DNA of 63,822 nucleotides, the filler included, from Licmophora abbreviata (Eukaryota): NCBI GenBank assembly GCA_900291995.1. It is 8 parts of 8 records of this genome, joined end to end, with 100 filler letters (N's around TTAATTAATTAA, not from the genome) between each part and the next. Parts side by side here need not be neighbours in the genome. Positions count along the whole stretch, not along the records: positions 1 to 6,327 come from OLMU01004351.1; positions 6,428 to 25,751 come from OLMU01004354.1; 6 more parts are not named here. One strand, 5' to 3'. Positions 1 through 12,990 of this stretch are shown in pieces (the stretch's first letter is position 1; each line of letters opens with the position of its first letter). The notes beneath the pieces were generated by a model that was given only the letters and a program-made list of their open reading frames with translations, was not told the DNA's origin and ran no database searches. Both the position numbers and the translations under genes were made by a program.

Positions 1-120
1 AAAATTGAAAGACAAAATTGAAAAAAGACTTGCCCCCCGCTCGAAGCTCTAGTCAGTGCATCATCACTGAAATCTCTCTTGTTTACTCTCGCTTGCTCGT
101 TTTCTTTGATTTAATCGATC

Positions 121-3100
121 ATGATGAACTCTAGTGGCTGGGAAGAAGAAGACCTCGATGGCTGGGACGACGACGACGACGCTTTGGATCAAATCGACCT
201 TGCGTCATCGTCCTTACCTCCAGTCGAGCAAGGGTATCCTGTAGAAACCAGTACCAGTTCTACACAGAATACCGCCGCCCCGACTGGCAACACCATACCC
301 CATCCTCCTCCTCATGCTTCCTTCCAACAACAACAACAACAGCAACACCATCCTCATGAAGACTCCATTCCTGTGGGACAAGGACTTTTGATGGGAAGAC
401 TGACGCGCTTTCTTGGGAGCGTCACGCAACCATCCGAAGAGCAGCAAGACTATTCCAATTTGGCGGCGGCGCCGCCCGTTCATGCCCCGCCCGTCCTGTT
501 TCATCCTTCCGCAGGGGAAGGTGCTCCGCCGCCACCCCCACCGCCTCGTAATGCGGGTCAGCCTACGCATCAGTGGAACAGCAATGCTACCGGCTTTCCT
601 CCTACTTTATATCAGGAAACGCATGAGGAACAGGCCTCTTGGCAAGAACAGGAATCCACTTGGGACGACGACGACGAGTTTCGTGATCAAGTTGCTATTC
701 CTGAAGAAGAGATTGTGCAAGATGGATGGGGTAACGGTGTCGACGACTCCTTGGATGCTATGCTGCAGTCGACTTCTACCATGAAAGCGGAGGACTCTCC
801 ATCGACGCCGCGGTCGACCAATCGCGGGCGACGCAACGTGTCGAACTCGGACGGATGGGATGTAGAAGATGATGCGTTGGAAGGCGTTGACGACGGAGGC
901 AAAAAAGAAGAAACACTCGTGACTGCTCTTCCCAGCCTGACACGAGAAGCTCCTGCTGGCAATGGGTGGGACGAGGATGTTCTGGACGGTATTGTCGGGG
1001 ACGACGATATGGACGAGGCCGTTGGGTGGGACGAAGACGGACTCTTGGAAGATCTTGATATCCAGGAGGAGTCCAGTATTGCTCAGGAAGCTATTACTAC
1101 CGCTGTCGATCATGTACCGTCAGGCACGACACCACGCACGGAAAACCGTACGCTATCAGTCCAATCGATTCCTGGCAGTGCTATTTTGGACGAACGGGCG
1201 ACCAATCAGAGTAACATCATCGACGACGACGATAATGATTTTGATCCTGACAAGGGAGAATTCGGTCATGTAGTGGACGTCGTACCAGAATCAACACGGC
1301 GCCTTTCAAACAGTGTGTCGCGCTGTGCCTCCATGGCGGTAGAACCAGGCGATCTCGATGACATTAACGACGACGACATTGGCGATGGGTGGGATGATGA
1401 GGATGATGATGGACTTGACGCGATCGACGTTACCAGTCCGGTCATCGTTCCAGCATTAGAAAATACACCGGTTGATCATGTGCCGGACGAAACATTACCT
1501 CGTCCCGCAAAGAGCGTGTCGACGGTGTCGATGCGTGGCGACGACTCTGCTGACTTTCTCGATGAGAATGAAGACACGTTTGGGCGTGTTGTCAATCGAC
1601 TTCCATCCGCCTCTCTAGAGCGCTTGTCTATCAGTGCGTCGGTCGCGGTACAGGCTTCGGCAGAAGATGATGATCTAGACAATGACGAAACTGAAAACGA
1701 GTGGGACGCCGACGATGGATTGGATGCAATCAATGCGCAGGATGCAGATCGAGCAGAGGAAGAGAACGCCGCTGTGGTGGATCGGTTGCCATCATTTTCG
1801 GGTAGACGACCATCGCAGAGTATATCAAGCGCATCGCTTCCCGGCGACCAATCGTCAAGACTACTGGAACAGGACGAAGACCCCGACCGAGGACACTTTG
1901 GCTTGCGAGTTGTCGACCATTTGCCTTTGCGAGGATCGTCGGACTTGCCGTACGGAGATGGCTCCATGGCTGTACAGGCATCAACATCGTCGTCTTCCGT
2001 GACAAATAATGAGGTTGCCATGAATGGCGACACCGCGCAAGCAGTGTTGGACGAAGAAGCCGTAGTGGACCACGTGCCCGATCGCGAATCGACCGTTGCG
2101 ACTCCTGGGGGATCCACGGCTGTTGCGGTGGCGAGTCAGCGGTCTTTGGTAGGCGAGGAAGCATGGGAGAACGATGATCTTGAACCAAAGGCGGAAGACT
2201 TTCTTCAAGTTGTTGATCACACTCCTCAAACACCGCAGACCCTTCGTCCGTCGTCTCGAGCGAGTAAGTCCGTTGCTGTCCAAGCCCTTATCGAAGAAAT
2301 GGACGAAGACGACGACTACATCGACGACGAAGATTACGGTCCAGTTCTTGACCACACTCCATCATTACCTCAGTCGGCGGTGGCATCGGTCACCGAGTCA
2401 ATGGCGGTACAGGCAGCCCCGTCTGAGGTTGACGACGATGACGATATGGACGATCGAGTTCCGCCATTGCCGGAACACGATGAACAGAGTGAGGGATATG
2501 ACCGGCCTGATGACGACTCAAGTGAAGCTCCTCCAATGTCTGCTGCCAATGGAAAGAAAGAAGAGGATTTGGTGGACCATGTTCCTAGCCGGGCCGACTC
2601 TCGACCTACTGATGCGTCAACTATTGTCGTTATCGATCCCTCTGAGTCTTCCACCGTCGGAGACATTACTTGCGAAGACAGGTTCATGCCAGTAGTTGAT
2701 CACACCCCTGCATTGTCCTCAATCGTGCAGCAGTCTATGGCTGGGTCTACCATGGCAAATGCGACGATTTCCGAATGTCCGGATGATGATGACGACGACG
2801 ACGAGCTTGACGACACTATTGATGACGAAAAGGAGGTTATTGAGGAAGGACGGACAGTCCGTTGATGACGATGATGGTACGATTCCTACAGTTGAAGGAG
2901 CCCCGCCGTCGGCTGATACAAACGTTGTCGACCATGTACCTGAACTACAGAACGGTGGTATTCGCCGAATCAACTCGGAGACTACCCTTACGATCGGTCA
3001 GTCCATTGTTTCTCGGGAGGAAATATTCGGAAACGTGGTTGATCAGCTTCCTTCCCAGCATTCTATGGAACGACCTTCGTTGTACCGTGATGGATCAATG

Positions 3101-6100
3101 GCCGTGCAGGCGCCGCCATCTGAGCTGGGCATTGACGATGATGAGCTGGATGACGACCCGGATCTGTCGAAGGGCACAAATCAGAGTCGACGGGCTGCTG
3201 ACGGGGAGGGATCAAGCCAAGACGAAGAGATAACTCCTGGAGAAGCTGTTCGCGCTTCATCAGGCCGAGCTTTGTCTGTCACATTCGGCTCGCCAATCAA
3301 CATCAACGAGACTCGATACTACGACACGGCGCCTGTTAGCGAGAGCGTATACTTTGACGCCGAGTCGCGTGAAGCGAGTTCCTTTGTCGATATGGAATCG
3401 GCAAGCGACCCAGTCACGTGCGACGCGTGTCAACGGGCGAAGACGGCGGATTGTCCTTGCATTCGAAGCATTCTGACTGGAGCAGGCGAAGATGGGGAAG
3501 AAGGCAACATGACCACGACTGTCATGACCCCGGAGGGTGTCCCAGTAAAGGTAGACTTCAAGAAGCTTCTGCAGCAAGAAATCACCAAGCGCTTGCTGCT
3601 TGAAAAAGAGCTTGACGGGTGCAAGACGACTATCCGTTCGCTGGAAGAGGGAGCTACGCCGCGACCGGAGATTGACAAACTTCACATGAACCTTGTTGAA
3701 GAGCTCGAGTTGGAACAGAAAGTGTCGTCGGATCTCCGATCGGAAAATAGACTACTGATCACGAGGCTGACTTCGGCGGAGCAATCCGTCTCCGGTATGG
3801 AGAATGAGCTTGCCCGTCGTTGCGATAGCGAGGTGGAACTAAGTTCTGAAATGGAACGCCTGCGGAGGGAGGCGGAGTCAGGAAAGGTGTCCGCACTGGC
3901 AGACTTGGAAGTACGGGAGAAGGACCATCTCTTCAGAATCCGCGAGCTTGACGTGGTCAACAACAAGCTACACGATGAGCTTGAAGCCCAGAAGAACAAT
4001 TTTGCAATTCTAGAAAAAGAGAGCTCTGCACGGAAAGTCGAACTAGAGCAAACACAGAACCTTCTCTCCGAACTCAACCAGGAGCAAGTCGACTGGTCAA
4101 GAGGCAAAGCTGCTCTTGAGCAAGAAATCAATGAGCTAAGGAACGCGGTAGAGCAGTCAACGTCCGCGGCTTCGTCAAACAATACAGCAGAGGAGCAGTT
4201 AGCTTCTCTCAAGTCCGAATTCACGTCCAAGTCAGCCGAGACTGATCGACTGAACACCGAACTTTCTAACGTGCAGCAACGCCTGAACCGATCGGAAGCT
4301 CAGAGTTTTGTACAAATGAAAGAAAGCACTCGTTTGTCGAAGCATCACAGAGAGGAAGTCGCGAAGCTTACTGACAAGTTGCAGGCTCTCGAAGGGAAGA
4401 TGCGGGATATGGCCAAGGCAAAGACCGATGCTGAGAAAGATCTGAGCGCCAAGCTGGACGAGCTTCGTACAAAAGCGGAATCTCTTGAGAAGCAAAAGGG
4501 TGATTTGCAACACAAGAGCGAAGCCGCTCGTCGCGCCCATACTAAGGAAGCCCAACAGCACAGCCTTGCAATGAAGGAGAAGCTTGTTGAAGTTCGTTCT
4601 CTCAACGAGACAGTGAAAGCATTAGAAAAAGACAACGGAAGTCTGATGGAAGAGTGCCAACGCCAAACGATTTTGCTTCAGCAGGTTGCAACGGATGTCG
4701 ATACTGCGACGGCTTTTGCCGAGGAGAAAGAAGTCCTGGAGACGCGCCTGCGTGAAAGGGAGACAGACATTCTGACGCTCCAAGAGCGTCTGGACTCAGT
4801 TATTGCAACGGGCGATTTGGAAAAACAGGTTGCGGCGATGTCCCAGGAACAGATACTGCTTCAAGACTCTCTGGATCGTCACGAGCAGGAGCTTGAAACG
4901 GCTCGCTCAGCGCTGGAGACCCATCTAGATGAAAAGGAATCGCTTCAGAAAGAACTCGAAGCGTCAGAGAAGAACTGTCGAGACTTGGAGGCGGCCATGA
5001 GCTCAATGAAGCGGAATGCTGTTGACCTCGAGGCAAAAATGGCCCATAGCGAAGAGTCGATATTGTCAGTCCAGAAGGACTTGACCTCTGCATATGACAG
5101 TGTCATAAAGGACCGTGCTCGCCTGCAGGCAAAGTGTTCTGAACTAGAGCAGATAGTTGGCGCAACCAAGTCATCTGAGCAGCAGCATCTCGAATTGTTG
5201 AAGGAAAAAGAAGCGATGCTCATTCAGACCCAGGACAAGCTCGAGAGTTCGAAACAGGAGAACGAGAAGCTGGGAAGGGCGAGAGATGAATGGCACGAAA
5301 AATTCCAAAAGATCCAGACTTCTGCACTTCAGACGGAGTCGTCGAAGCTACTCGAAGCCGAGCGAAATGACGCGCAAGGGCAGCTTATATCGCTCACGGA
5401 GGAGCGAGATGAGTTTCAGCGTCAATTAGAAAGTAAGAGTGTGAACCTTGAGCGAGCCGAGGCTTCGTTGAAAGCGCTGCAGACTGAGTTAGCAGCTGCA
5501 AGGCACGTGCCCTCCATCACGAGTACGGACAGACGCAACGGGGTACGCGACCACGAGCATGACGCAGGAAACCATGATACTGTCACGAAGTGTATCGACC
5601 TCGAAGACAAGCTCAAACTGGCACGAGCAGACCAGGCAGCGCTCACCGAGTTGCTGCAAGAAAGAGAAGCGAAAGAGAGTCAACTCAACAATGACCTCGA
5701 TTTACTAATTAATGAGCGGGAAATGATTCTTCAGGAGCGTGATACACTTGAAGAAGAGAACGAAGAAATGCTTGTGCAGCTTGGGTTGATCAAACAGCAG
5801 GTAGACAGCTACGAACATGACATTCTCGCACTACAGGCGACAGTAGATTCAAAGGATGCGGCACTCAAGGCCGTTGAGCGACGTCTTCGTGAAAGCGAGG
5901 AAGCAATTGATCACCTAAAACTGGAGACATGCGATTCTGGCCGACCGACATCAGAGATCGACGATCGTAAGCTCGCCCTTGAGCGACAGGTGAACGAGCT
6001 CTCACACACCAAGGCTGACACTGTTCGACAGCTAGAGCAAGCCGAGATGTCTAAAGCAGCAGCTACAGCCAAGCTCGAGACACTGTCACAAGAGAATGCT

Positions 6101-6327
6101 TCGCTTCTGGATCGTATCTTAGAGATGGAATCGACACGTGAGATGGAGACTTCAAGCTCAGAGGCCAAAGATCTTGACTACCGATCCCAGGTTAAATCAC
6201 TTGAAGATCGCTGTCGCTATCTGGACGAGATTTGCAAAGAACAGCAGGAGGAACTTGACCGTGTTTCGGCTCACCATCACGAGGAGTCAGCCTCTCAACC
6301 CCCTCTTGAGCAAGCTCTGCAGGAGCG
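121..6327 (+). CDS. Very large golgin-like protein: acidic W-D-D repeat N-terminus, VVDHxP repeat region, long coiled coil; 3' truncated at spacer, one frameshift near 2850
   Basis: ORFs 121..2865 and 2696..6379 overlap and carry the same VVDHxP/SMAVQA repeat on both sides of a +1 shift at about 2850. Heptad E/K/L/Q-rich sequence runs from about 3550 to the N gap. Confidence 0.7.
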
Positions 6328-6427
6328 NNNNNNNNNNNNNNNNNNNNNNNNNNNNNNNNNNNNNNNNNNNNTTAATTAATTAANNNNNNNNNNNNNNNNN
6401 NNNNNNNNNNNNNNNNNNNNNNNNNNN
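6328..6427. other. Artificial assembly spacer (N44-TTAATTAATTAA-N44)
   Basis: 44 N, a 12-mer with stops in all six frames, then 44 N; identical at seven places. Confidence 0.98.
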
Positions 6428-6442
6428 GGAGAGCAGTCATCT

Positions 6443-8351
6443 ATGGGTGGAGAAGCTGCTTCCATCGACGTCGAGAGTACTGTCTCTAGTGGACTCGTCG
6501 ACGAAGAGAGCCACCCCGGTGACGACGCTGGAGCGGATACCGGCACGACTGAAAGCGACACTGGGACTACGGGTGCAGTAGAAACGGATTCTATTTCACC
6601 CCAACCGGAAGCATTTGCGCCCGCCGACAGTCATCCTGACCCCCCGCGGTCCGTTTCTAACGGTCCAGGCAAACGACGATGGAGCTGGAAGCTCGTCGTA
6701 CTACTGATCGTTCTGGTTGGGATAATTGCTGGGGTTGTCGTCACCGTGGTCGTAGTTACATCTGACAGTGATAGCAGAACCTCATCGGCAACCCCTCCTG
6801 ATGGCGGTCCTTCTAATCAGTCCCCTGAGAACGACCAGTACTTTCAACAGATTCGAGCCGAACTAGTCCCCCCGCCGTTATGGACTGACTCAAGCTCCTC
6901 CCAGATTCGAGCTGTCGAATGGATGGCCTATACGGACACCTCTACTCGCCTGCTCGACGATTTGCCCCGACTGACACAGCGCTACGCGCTCCTTGTCGTA
7001 TACTTTGCGACTGGAGGAGAAAACTGGGACTCGGTCGTGCAGTTCGAGCCAGGGGTACACGAATGCGACTGGTCGTTTGTCTCCTGCCAGAACACTGCAT
7101 CATCGCCCGTGTCGAGCTTTCGCGTTGGTTCTGGATTCGTCGCAGGCGTCCTACCGTCCGAAATTGGCTTGCTGACCCAACTGACGTCGCTGAACGTCAA
7201 AGACAACCGCCTCAAGGGTTCCCTGCCAGAGGAGCTGTACGGTCTCACCAAGATGGAGTCGCTCATATTGACCAATAATCTCTTCTCCTCCAAGCTTAGT
7301 ACCAAGATTGGGAACCTTGACCAACTTAGAACGCTCCATTTTGACAGGAATTACATCACGGGATTTATACCCACGACTCTCGCACGGCTGTCGCGTCTAA
7401 CGTCACTGGACTGCACCCTTACTTTTGTCGAAGGAAACATTTTTGATCGAATCATGCCATTGACCAACTTGGAGAACGCCTATTTCTCCAACGCACAACT
7501 TTGGGGCAGTTTCCCGACAGAAATAAGCAAGCTATCCAAGCTTAGGATCTTTGCCGGTCAGCAAACTGGCATCTCCGGCACCCTTCCCAGCGAAATCGGA
7601 GCGCTCCCGCTCGGTACGTCTCGTGTGTAGGACACCACGTTCATTATTTCGGCCATGCTTTTCAGACTCTCACTAGTCGCTCGTTCGCATCATCCTTCAC
7701 AAAACAGCTCAGCTTGAGCTCTTCGATACGCTCATGAATGGACCGATTCCCGAGTCGATCGGGCAGCTTGGACCCACACTGAGTACGTGTTGATTGCGTT
7801 TGCAGGTACCGGGTATCGCTCTACTGTATTCTTACCAACCCTTTCCCCCGACTACTCTCGTAGAAAACCTAGCGCTGGGACGTTCCATTTCATCGTCGCT
7901 TCCTACCACTATGGGGCTTCTAACTCGACTCGAGTCTCTGTTCCTGTCTCTGAACGAAGTGACCGGAAGCATCCCCACGGAGCTGGGCAACATGATGTCC
8001 GTCGACGACATCCTCATAGCGTTCAACAAGCTCACGGGGACGGTCCCGTCGGAGTTAGGAAAGCTGACCAATCTTTGTAAGTTTTGTTACAGGAGAGATG
8101 ATTTTGTAGTGCGGTGTAGCATAGCATTGAAATACAACGAGCTCACTCATGTCTTGCTCTTTCCTCGATTAGTACGCTTGGATCTTCGTAAGAATCTCTT
8201 GACAGGCGATGTACCCACTGAGATTTGTGAGCTAATTGAGGTGCACAGGTTGGAAACGCTGATCACAAGCGAATGCGAAACTCCCAAACTCAACTGCACG
8301 TGTTGCACTTCTTGCCATGTCGGTACTTCTTCGGGTCAGCGGCGTTCGTAA
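6443..8351 (+). CDS. Leucine-rich repeat protein with N-terminal membrane anchor (type II); exons about 6443-7613, 7708-7782, 7864-8076, 8173-8351
   Basis: TM segment LVVLLIVLVGIIAGVVVTVVVV, cap motif QRYALLVVYFATGG..W..ECDWSFVSC, plant-type LRRs (LxGxLPSEIGxLTxL) and a C-terminal CTCCTSC. Three GT..AG introns restore the frame. Confidence 0.9.
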
Positions 8352-8792
8352 TTATATGATCGCTGATGTCGAGTGTGGAACGAAGTTTTGAGTTTATGAT
8401 GTTCAGCGCTGTGATCGTGTTGAGAGGTGTGTCGGCGCGCGAACCTACTCGCACACGCGCAGCGGCGTCGTCTTAGGGATTCATTCATAGCTTCACTCAT
8501 CTTTTCAGATCATGCTCCGTCGGTCTATTGTTTCGCAAAAGGGGGCGAAACCTAGTCGACTCGAGCTTGCTAGGGATGTTTTACATCAATCATACACACG
8601 CGAAGCGTCGCTTCCATGGGGGGATACATAATATGATACACTGTACAAAGTAGTAATCGCGAACCACCAACTCTCTCTCAAACACACACACGCGTCGTGA
8701 GCTACTCTAGCTAAAATAATACTTGTATAACATAGCAACGCTTTCCATCATACGATGAATTACAATTTCGGAAGTATCAAATCTCCCTCACG

Positions 8793-9952
8793 TCACTCGC
8801 TCTCCCTCGACAGTGTCATGAATCCTTGCCCCGACAATGTCGCACCTGGTACATAACTCGCCTCGCTCGCAGTCGTCGTCGTATCCACCATGTTATCTTG
8901 TCTCATTCTACCATCGCCACCTCCACCAGCACTGTCATACATGCTGCTATTGGAAGAATCAATTGTAATGAAGCCCTGATTGTGTCCCGATTGATGATGA
9001 TTCGTTTCTCGTTCACTCAACGTCATTGGTTTAGTATCAAGATGATGGTTGTCGTTCATATTGCGATAGGCACTCATTTCCAGGACAGCAGCAGCAGCAG
9101 AATTGGGATCGAGCGTCGACAAGTCTGGTTCATTGGCGAGATTGAGAAATAAGAGTATTGCAAAGGTCGAGTATAGAATGGCAAGGAACATGCAGGTGAC
9201 AGCAAGCACCGTGGCTATCCTCTCGACGGCAAACTTTTTTCGCTCTTCCTCTTGATAGTCAAAGTAATCTTTGACCTGTAGTAAATGATAGGCACAAAAC
9301 GAGAGAGAGAGAGAGAAGGTGGTTGGCAAAAGTACTCAAATGGAGAGTGGCAGTCACACACCGACGCGTAGATCCATCCAGTGATGCTTACATGGAATTC
9401 TCCAAAAATGACCGCACAGACCAACAACACGTTGGCAAACATGACAATGGCTCCACCAAAGATTCCATCTCGCAGTTGCGACGACGTGCCGACACTTATA
9501 CAGGGCGCAATGTAGTCTCCGTGAAGCGAGGTGAATCCGATAATGGCCGTAGAGCCGTACAAGGTCAATCCCAGCGCCAAGACAGTCATGTAAGCTGAGA
9601 CGAACGCCATACTCCCCGAAGAGGTATGTGCGAGGTATGTATAGAGATGTGTCTCGCCTTGTCCTTGATCCTGCGAGTCATTGGAGTCATGGGACTCATT
9701 GCCGTCTCCGTCTTGGTCTTCCAGGAATCTGGAACGGAGCAAATCTCGTCTTCCTGGATCTTGATTTTGTTCGTCGACATATATCTGCTCCATGCGATTG
9801 TAGTGCGTACTGACTTGAATGCTGAGTGCAATGGCCAGCAAGCAGGCGATCCAGGTGGCAAACGTCGTAACGGTCCACGTAAAGGCAATCAGAGACCGCT
9901 TATTTTGTAAAAAGGAGCCGCACAGGGACGGGGGACCATAGGATGCTTGCAT
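8793..9952 (-). CDS. Uncharacterised four-TM membrane protein with an acidic luminal loop containing RxL motifs; intron 9391-9276
   Basis: ORFs 9215..9952 and 8793..9329 join in frame via GTAAGC..CTACAG (GEFH|VKDY). Four hydrophobic segments; the loop reads RRDLLRSRFLEDQDGD. Confidence 0.75.
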
Positions 9953-10392
9953 CTTTCTGTTGCAGCAGGCTCTAGCAATACGGGGGGACTGTCGCTGAAG
10001 TCACTTTCAATCAATCAGTCAATCAATGGAACTCTATCCGTCCTGCGTCCCCTGCCGGCTGTTCCCAAGATTTATGATTTGACAGCACGGTTTGAAACAA
10101 GCAATGCGACCCTTGAGGCGCGCCAACACTGTCAGACGTGCTGGCGTGGACTGGTGATAAGTAGGTATCCGTTGTCGCCTTCTCTTTGGATGATACATCA
10201 AAACATCAGGACATTTCGGGTCTGACATCGACGACAGCGAGAAAGCTCGCGACAAGATGAGGAGAGCGAGCGAAGTCGACTGCCGTAGCTAGCACAGCAC
10301 GACAACAACAACACAAGATCTCGGACCCTTGCCTCTTGTTGGGTCTCCTGTACCTGCGGAATCACTGTACCCCGCTCGAATTTCGTTCTAGC

Positions 10393-11591
10393 ATGACCAA
10401 TGCATCGTCCACGTCTGCCAGTTTTCGCGTCAAGGCGGCCTTTATGAAAACATGGACTCCTCAAAATCAACCCTCGGTGCGTCTGAATGGAAAAAAACTC
10501 TTGGCGTACAATCACTACAGACGCTGTATCATACCTGTGCTCATCGTGACTCCTTCCACCATACTCACTTTACTCCTCTTTTTCGTGCCTTGCCCCCCAT
10601 TTTGCTTTCTTAGAACCGCGACCGCCTGGAACTGTTTGCGCTTCACAAACAGGCTGTCTCAGGCGACGCTCCCCCGAACCCGCCCAGCGACGCAAGCGTA
10701 TCGGAAAAGTCCAAGTACACGGCCTGGAAGTCCAAGCGAGGACTCTCTCCGGACGAAGCCATGACGCAGTACATATCGGAGTGCGATCGTCAAGTGCGCG
10801 TCTACGGAAGCACTCCTGCGAGTAGTGCTTCTACGACTGCACCGCAGACCCCGAGCAATACTCCCCGCACGACTGCTAATACCAACTCATCATCTTCGCT
10901 ACCGACCCCTCGGGGCCTCGCTGCCATTCCACTCTTGTGCGCAGCCACGGCCGAGTCGCGTGTTGCCTATTTGCGACGCATGGAAGTCACGTCGCCCGAA
11001 ACCTCCTGGTGGTGCCGTCAAGAACCACTCTGCGCCGTCCCCAACACGCCGGGAGCCATCCCCGAGTCGATTCTCTTAAGAATTGCGAGTCTCGTCGAAA
11101 CCTTTAGTTTGAATCCAACCATTCCGATTGTACCGCCGTCAGTACTGCAGTCCTTGCTCTGGCCACTTCACAACATGTTCTTGAGCGTATGGATGGGACT
11201 CATACTACTGCTCCTCTTGTGTCAGAGCAGTTGGCATGTGGCGACGACTTTGGTCTGGGGTGCAAGACGAACGGGACGGCCCCTCGCTACCATTTGGGAC
11301 GTCGAAATTACTCCCACGTCTCGGGCCGTCACATCTCTGTGCGAACCGCATCAGGCTCTCAGTGTGAGATTGGTAGGATTGCTCCTGTGGCCGCTGTCGA
11401 GTATCGTCGTGAATGGTAGTACCATATTCCTTCCGGAGGCCAGTGTTGGCAGCAGTGCCTTGTTGTTGGTACTGCTGATGGCAACATGGTGGTACTGGAT
11501 CCTCGTGGTACCATGGATCGTCATGTGTTTGATTGGCGCGGCTGCCATGAGTGGAACCTGCTTTGCCGTGATTGAATTCGCCGGAGTGTAG
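10393..11591 (+). CDS. Acyl-CoA-binding (ACBP) domain protein with C-terminal membrane segments; intron 10477-10613
   Basis: Spliced translation FRVKAAFMKTW..PS|NRDRLELFALHKQAVSGDAP..SEKSKYTAWKSKRGLSPDEAMTQYI matches the ACBP consensus (L..L.KQA..GD...K..AW....G.S..EAM..YI). The C-terminus is hydrophobic. Confidence 0.88.
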
Positions 11592-11755
11592 AGGGATGAT
11601 GTGTGGGAGACGCTAGAGGTGCGACGACGAAGGACCTCGGAAAACACGTACGAGTACACGATAGAAAGGGAGAGACTGCCGTTGTGGTCTGGAAGATGCA
11701 TTCAAAAATTAAACTCAAATATGATTCACACAGACTGCCACCACGGGCGTTTCTA

Positions 11756-12649
11756 TCATGGTTGCTCTATATGCTCATCGACAACCTCACACGACGTGAT
11801 GTAGTCCAGCTCAGGCCATTTCGCCTGCACGTCCTCCGACGCTCCCTCCTTGTGCAGTATCCCTTGCGGTGGGCCGTCCTCCCCGTAACCTGTATAAATC
11901 TTATCGAGCGTCGCGAAACTGTGGTCTCCCACCAGTTCCCCCCACGGGACTTCCCACGGCGAGCCTCCTGCAAGTGGACCATTCGGCTTCAAAGCAACAA
12001 TAAATTGATTGGAGCGCGTGGCAGGACCGCCTCCAGCATAGGCCAAATAGCCCTTGGCGAATCGTTTCACATGGTTGGAGTTTTCACGATACGTAGGACC
12101 CAGGGGTAGCCAGGGTGGATCGTCCGGTAGATTCTTATTGTACTGCTTGGTGACTTGTGGATCTCCGTTCAAACCAAACTGACAAAGGAACTTTTTGACA
12201 CATCGCATCAACGGAACGGTCGATCGAAAGTAGTGTGATCGGACCATGGCTAGAAATCGATTGGCACCGTGAGGAGCCCATTTCGTGTGAACCAGTAGAT
12301 TCCAAGGACCCTGGGTGGTGCGACAACAGACGAGTGTCAGATTGCCGCCCATCGGAGGAGTCACCATATGGCGGTGCCCTTGTCGGGGATGTAATTCGTC
12401 CTCGGATAGATCCGATAGAGACATGTATGGACACATTCGTTGCTGCTGATTGTTGCTTCTACTGCTGGTATCGAGAAATGCGACTTGAGGCTTTGGATTC
12501 GACTGTGGCAGCCGCGACACCGTGCCCGTTTCATCGTTTGGAATCAAGAGGTACAAGGCGGTGGTGGAGACGACCAACAAACCGGCGAAACAGAGCCATT
12601 TTTGCCACAAACTCGCCCCCTCCGATGCCCTTGATCGTATCGCTACCAT
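11756..12649 (-). CDS. Cyclophilin-type peptidyl-prolyl isomerase-like protein with N-terminal membrane anchor
   Basis: WAPHGANRFLAMVRSHYF..MRCVKKFLCQFG, GYLAYAGGGPATRSNQFIV and PWGELV motifs; TM segment WLCFAGLLVVSTTALYLLI. First ATG at 12649. Confidence 0.85.
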   Translation of the reverse strand: MVAIRSRASEGASLWQKWLCFAGLLVVSTTALYLLIPNDETGTVSRLPQSNPKPQVAFLDTSSRSNNQQQRMCPYMSLSDLSEDELHPRQGHRHMVTPPMGGNLTLVCCRTTQGPWNLLVHTKWAPHGANRFLAMVRSHYFRSTVPLMRCVKKFLCQFGLNGDPQVTKQYNKNLPDDPPWLPLGPTYRENSNHVKRFAKGYLAYAGGGPATRSNQFIVALKPNGPLAGGSPWEVPWGELVGDHSFATLDKIYTGYGEDGPPQGILHKEGASEDVQAKWPELDYITSCEVVDEHIEQP

Positions 12650-12990
12650 AGAAGGGGTGTACAAAGCTTTCTTCCATCGACAGGCACTCCAAAATCACTT
12701 CGAAGCTGGGACAACACTTTGTCGATGAAATGACCGAGACGAGTATTTAGAAAAGAGTGAGTCAAATTTGGAATTTGGAACGTTGATGTCTACGGCGGGG
12801 ACAGGCAGACGTACCGGGCTCACAAGAAAATGTCAATGACAGAGACAGAATTCAAATCCATCCGGCGACGACGCGATCCGATCATAGTCAATGTTCTGTT
12901 GTTCTTGTCGTGTGGTCGCGGTGCAGATCGTTGCTGCTATACTGGCAATTCTACTGCGAAACGGCCTTGCCTGAAACGAAGAATCAAAGG

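Noticed and set aside
6372..6383. TTAATTAATTAA palindrome repeated seven times as a possible biological repeat or piggyBac TTAA site
   Set aside because: Always centred between exactly 44 N on each side and gives stops in all six frames, so it is an artificial joiner.
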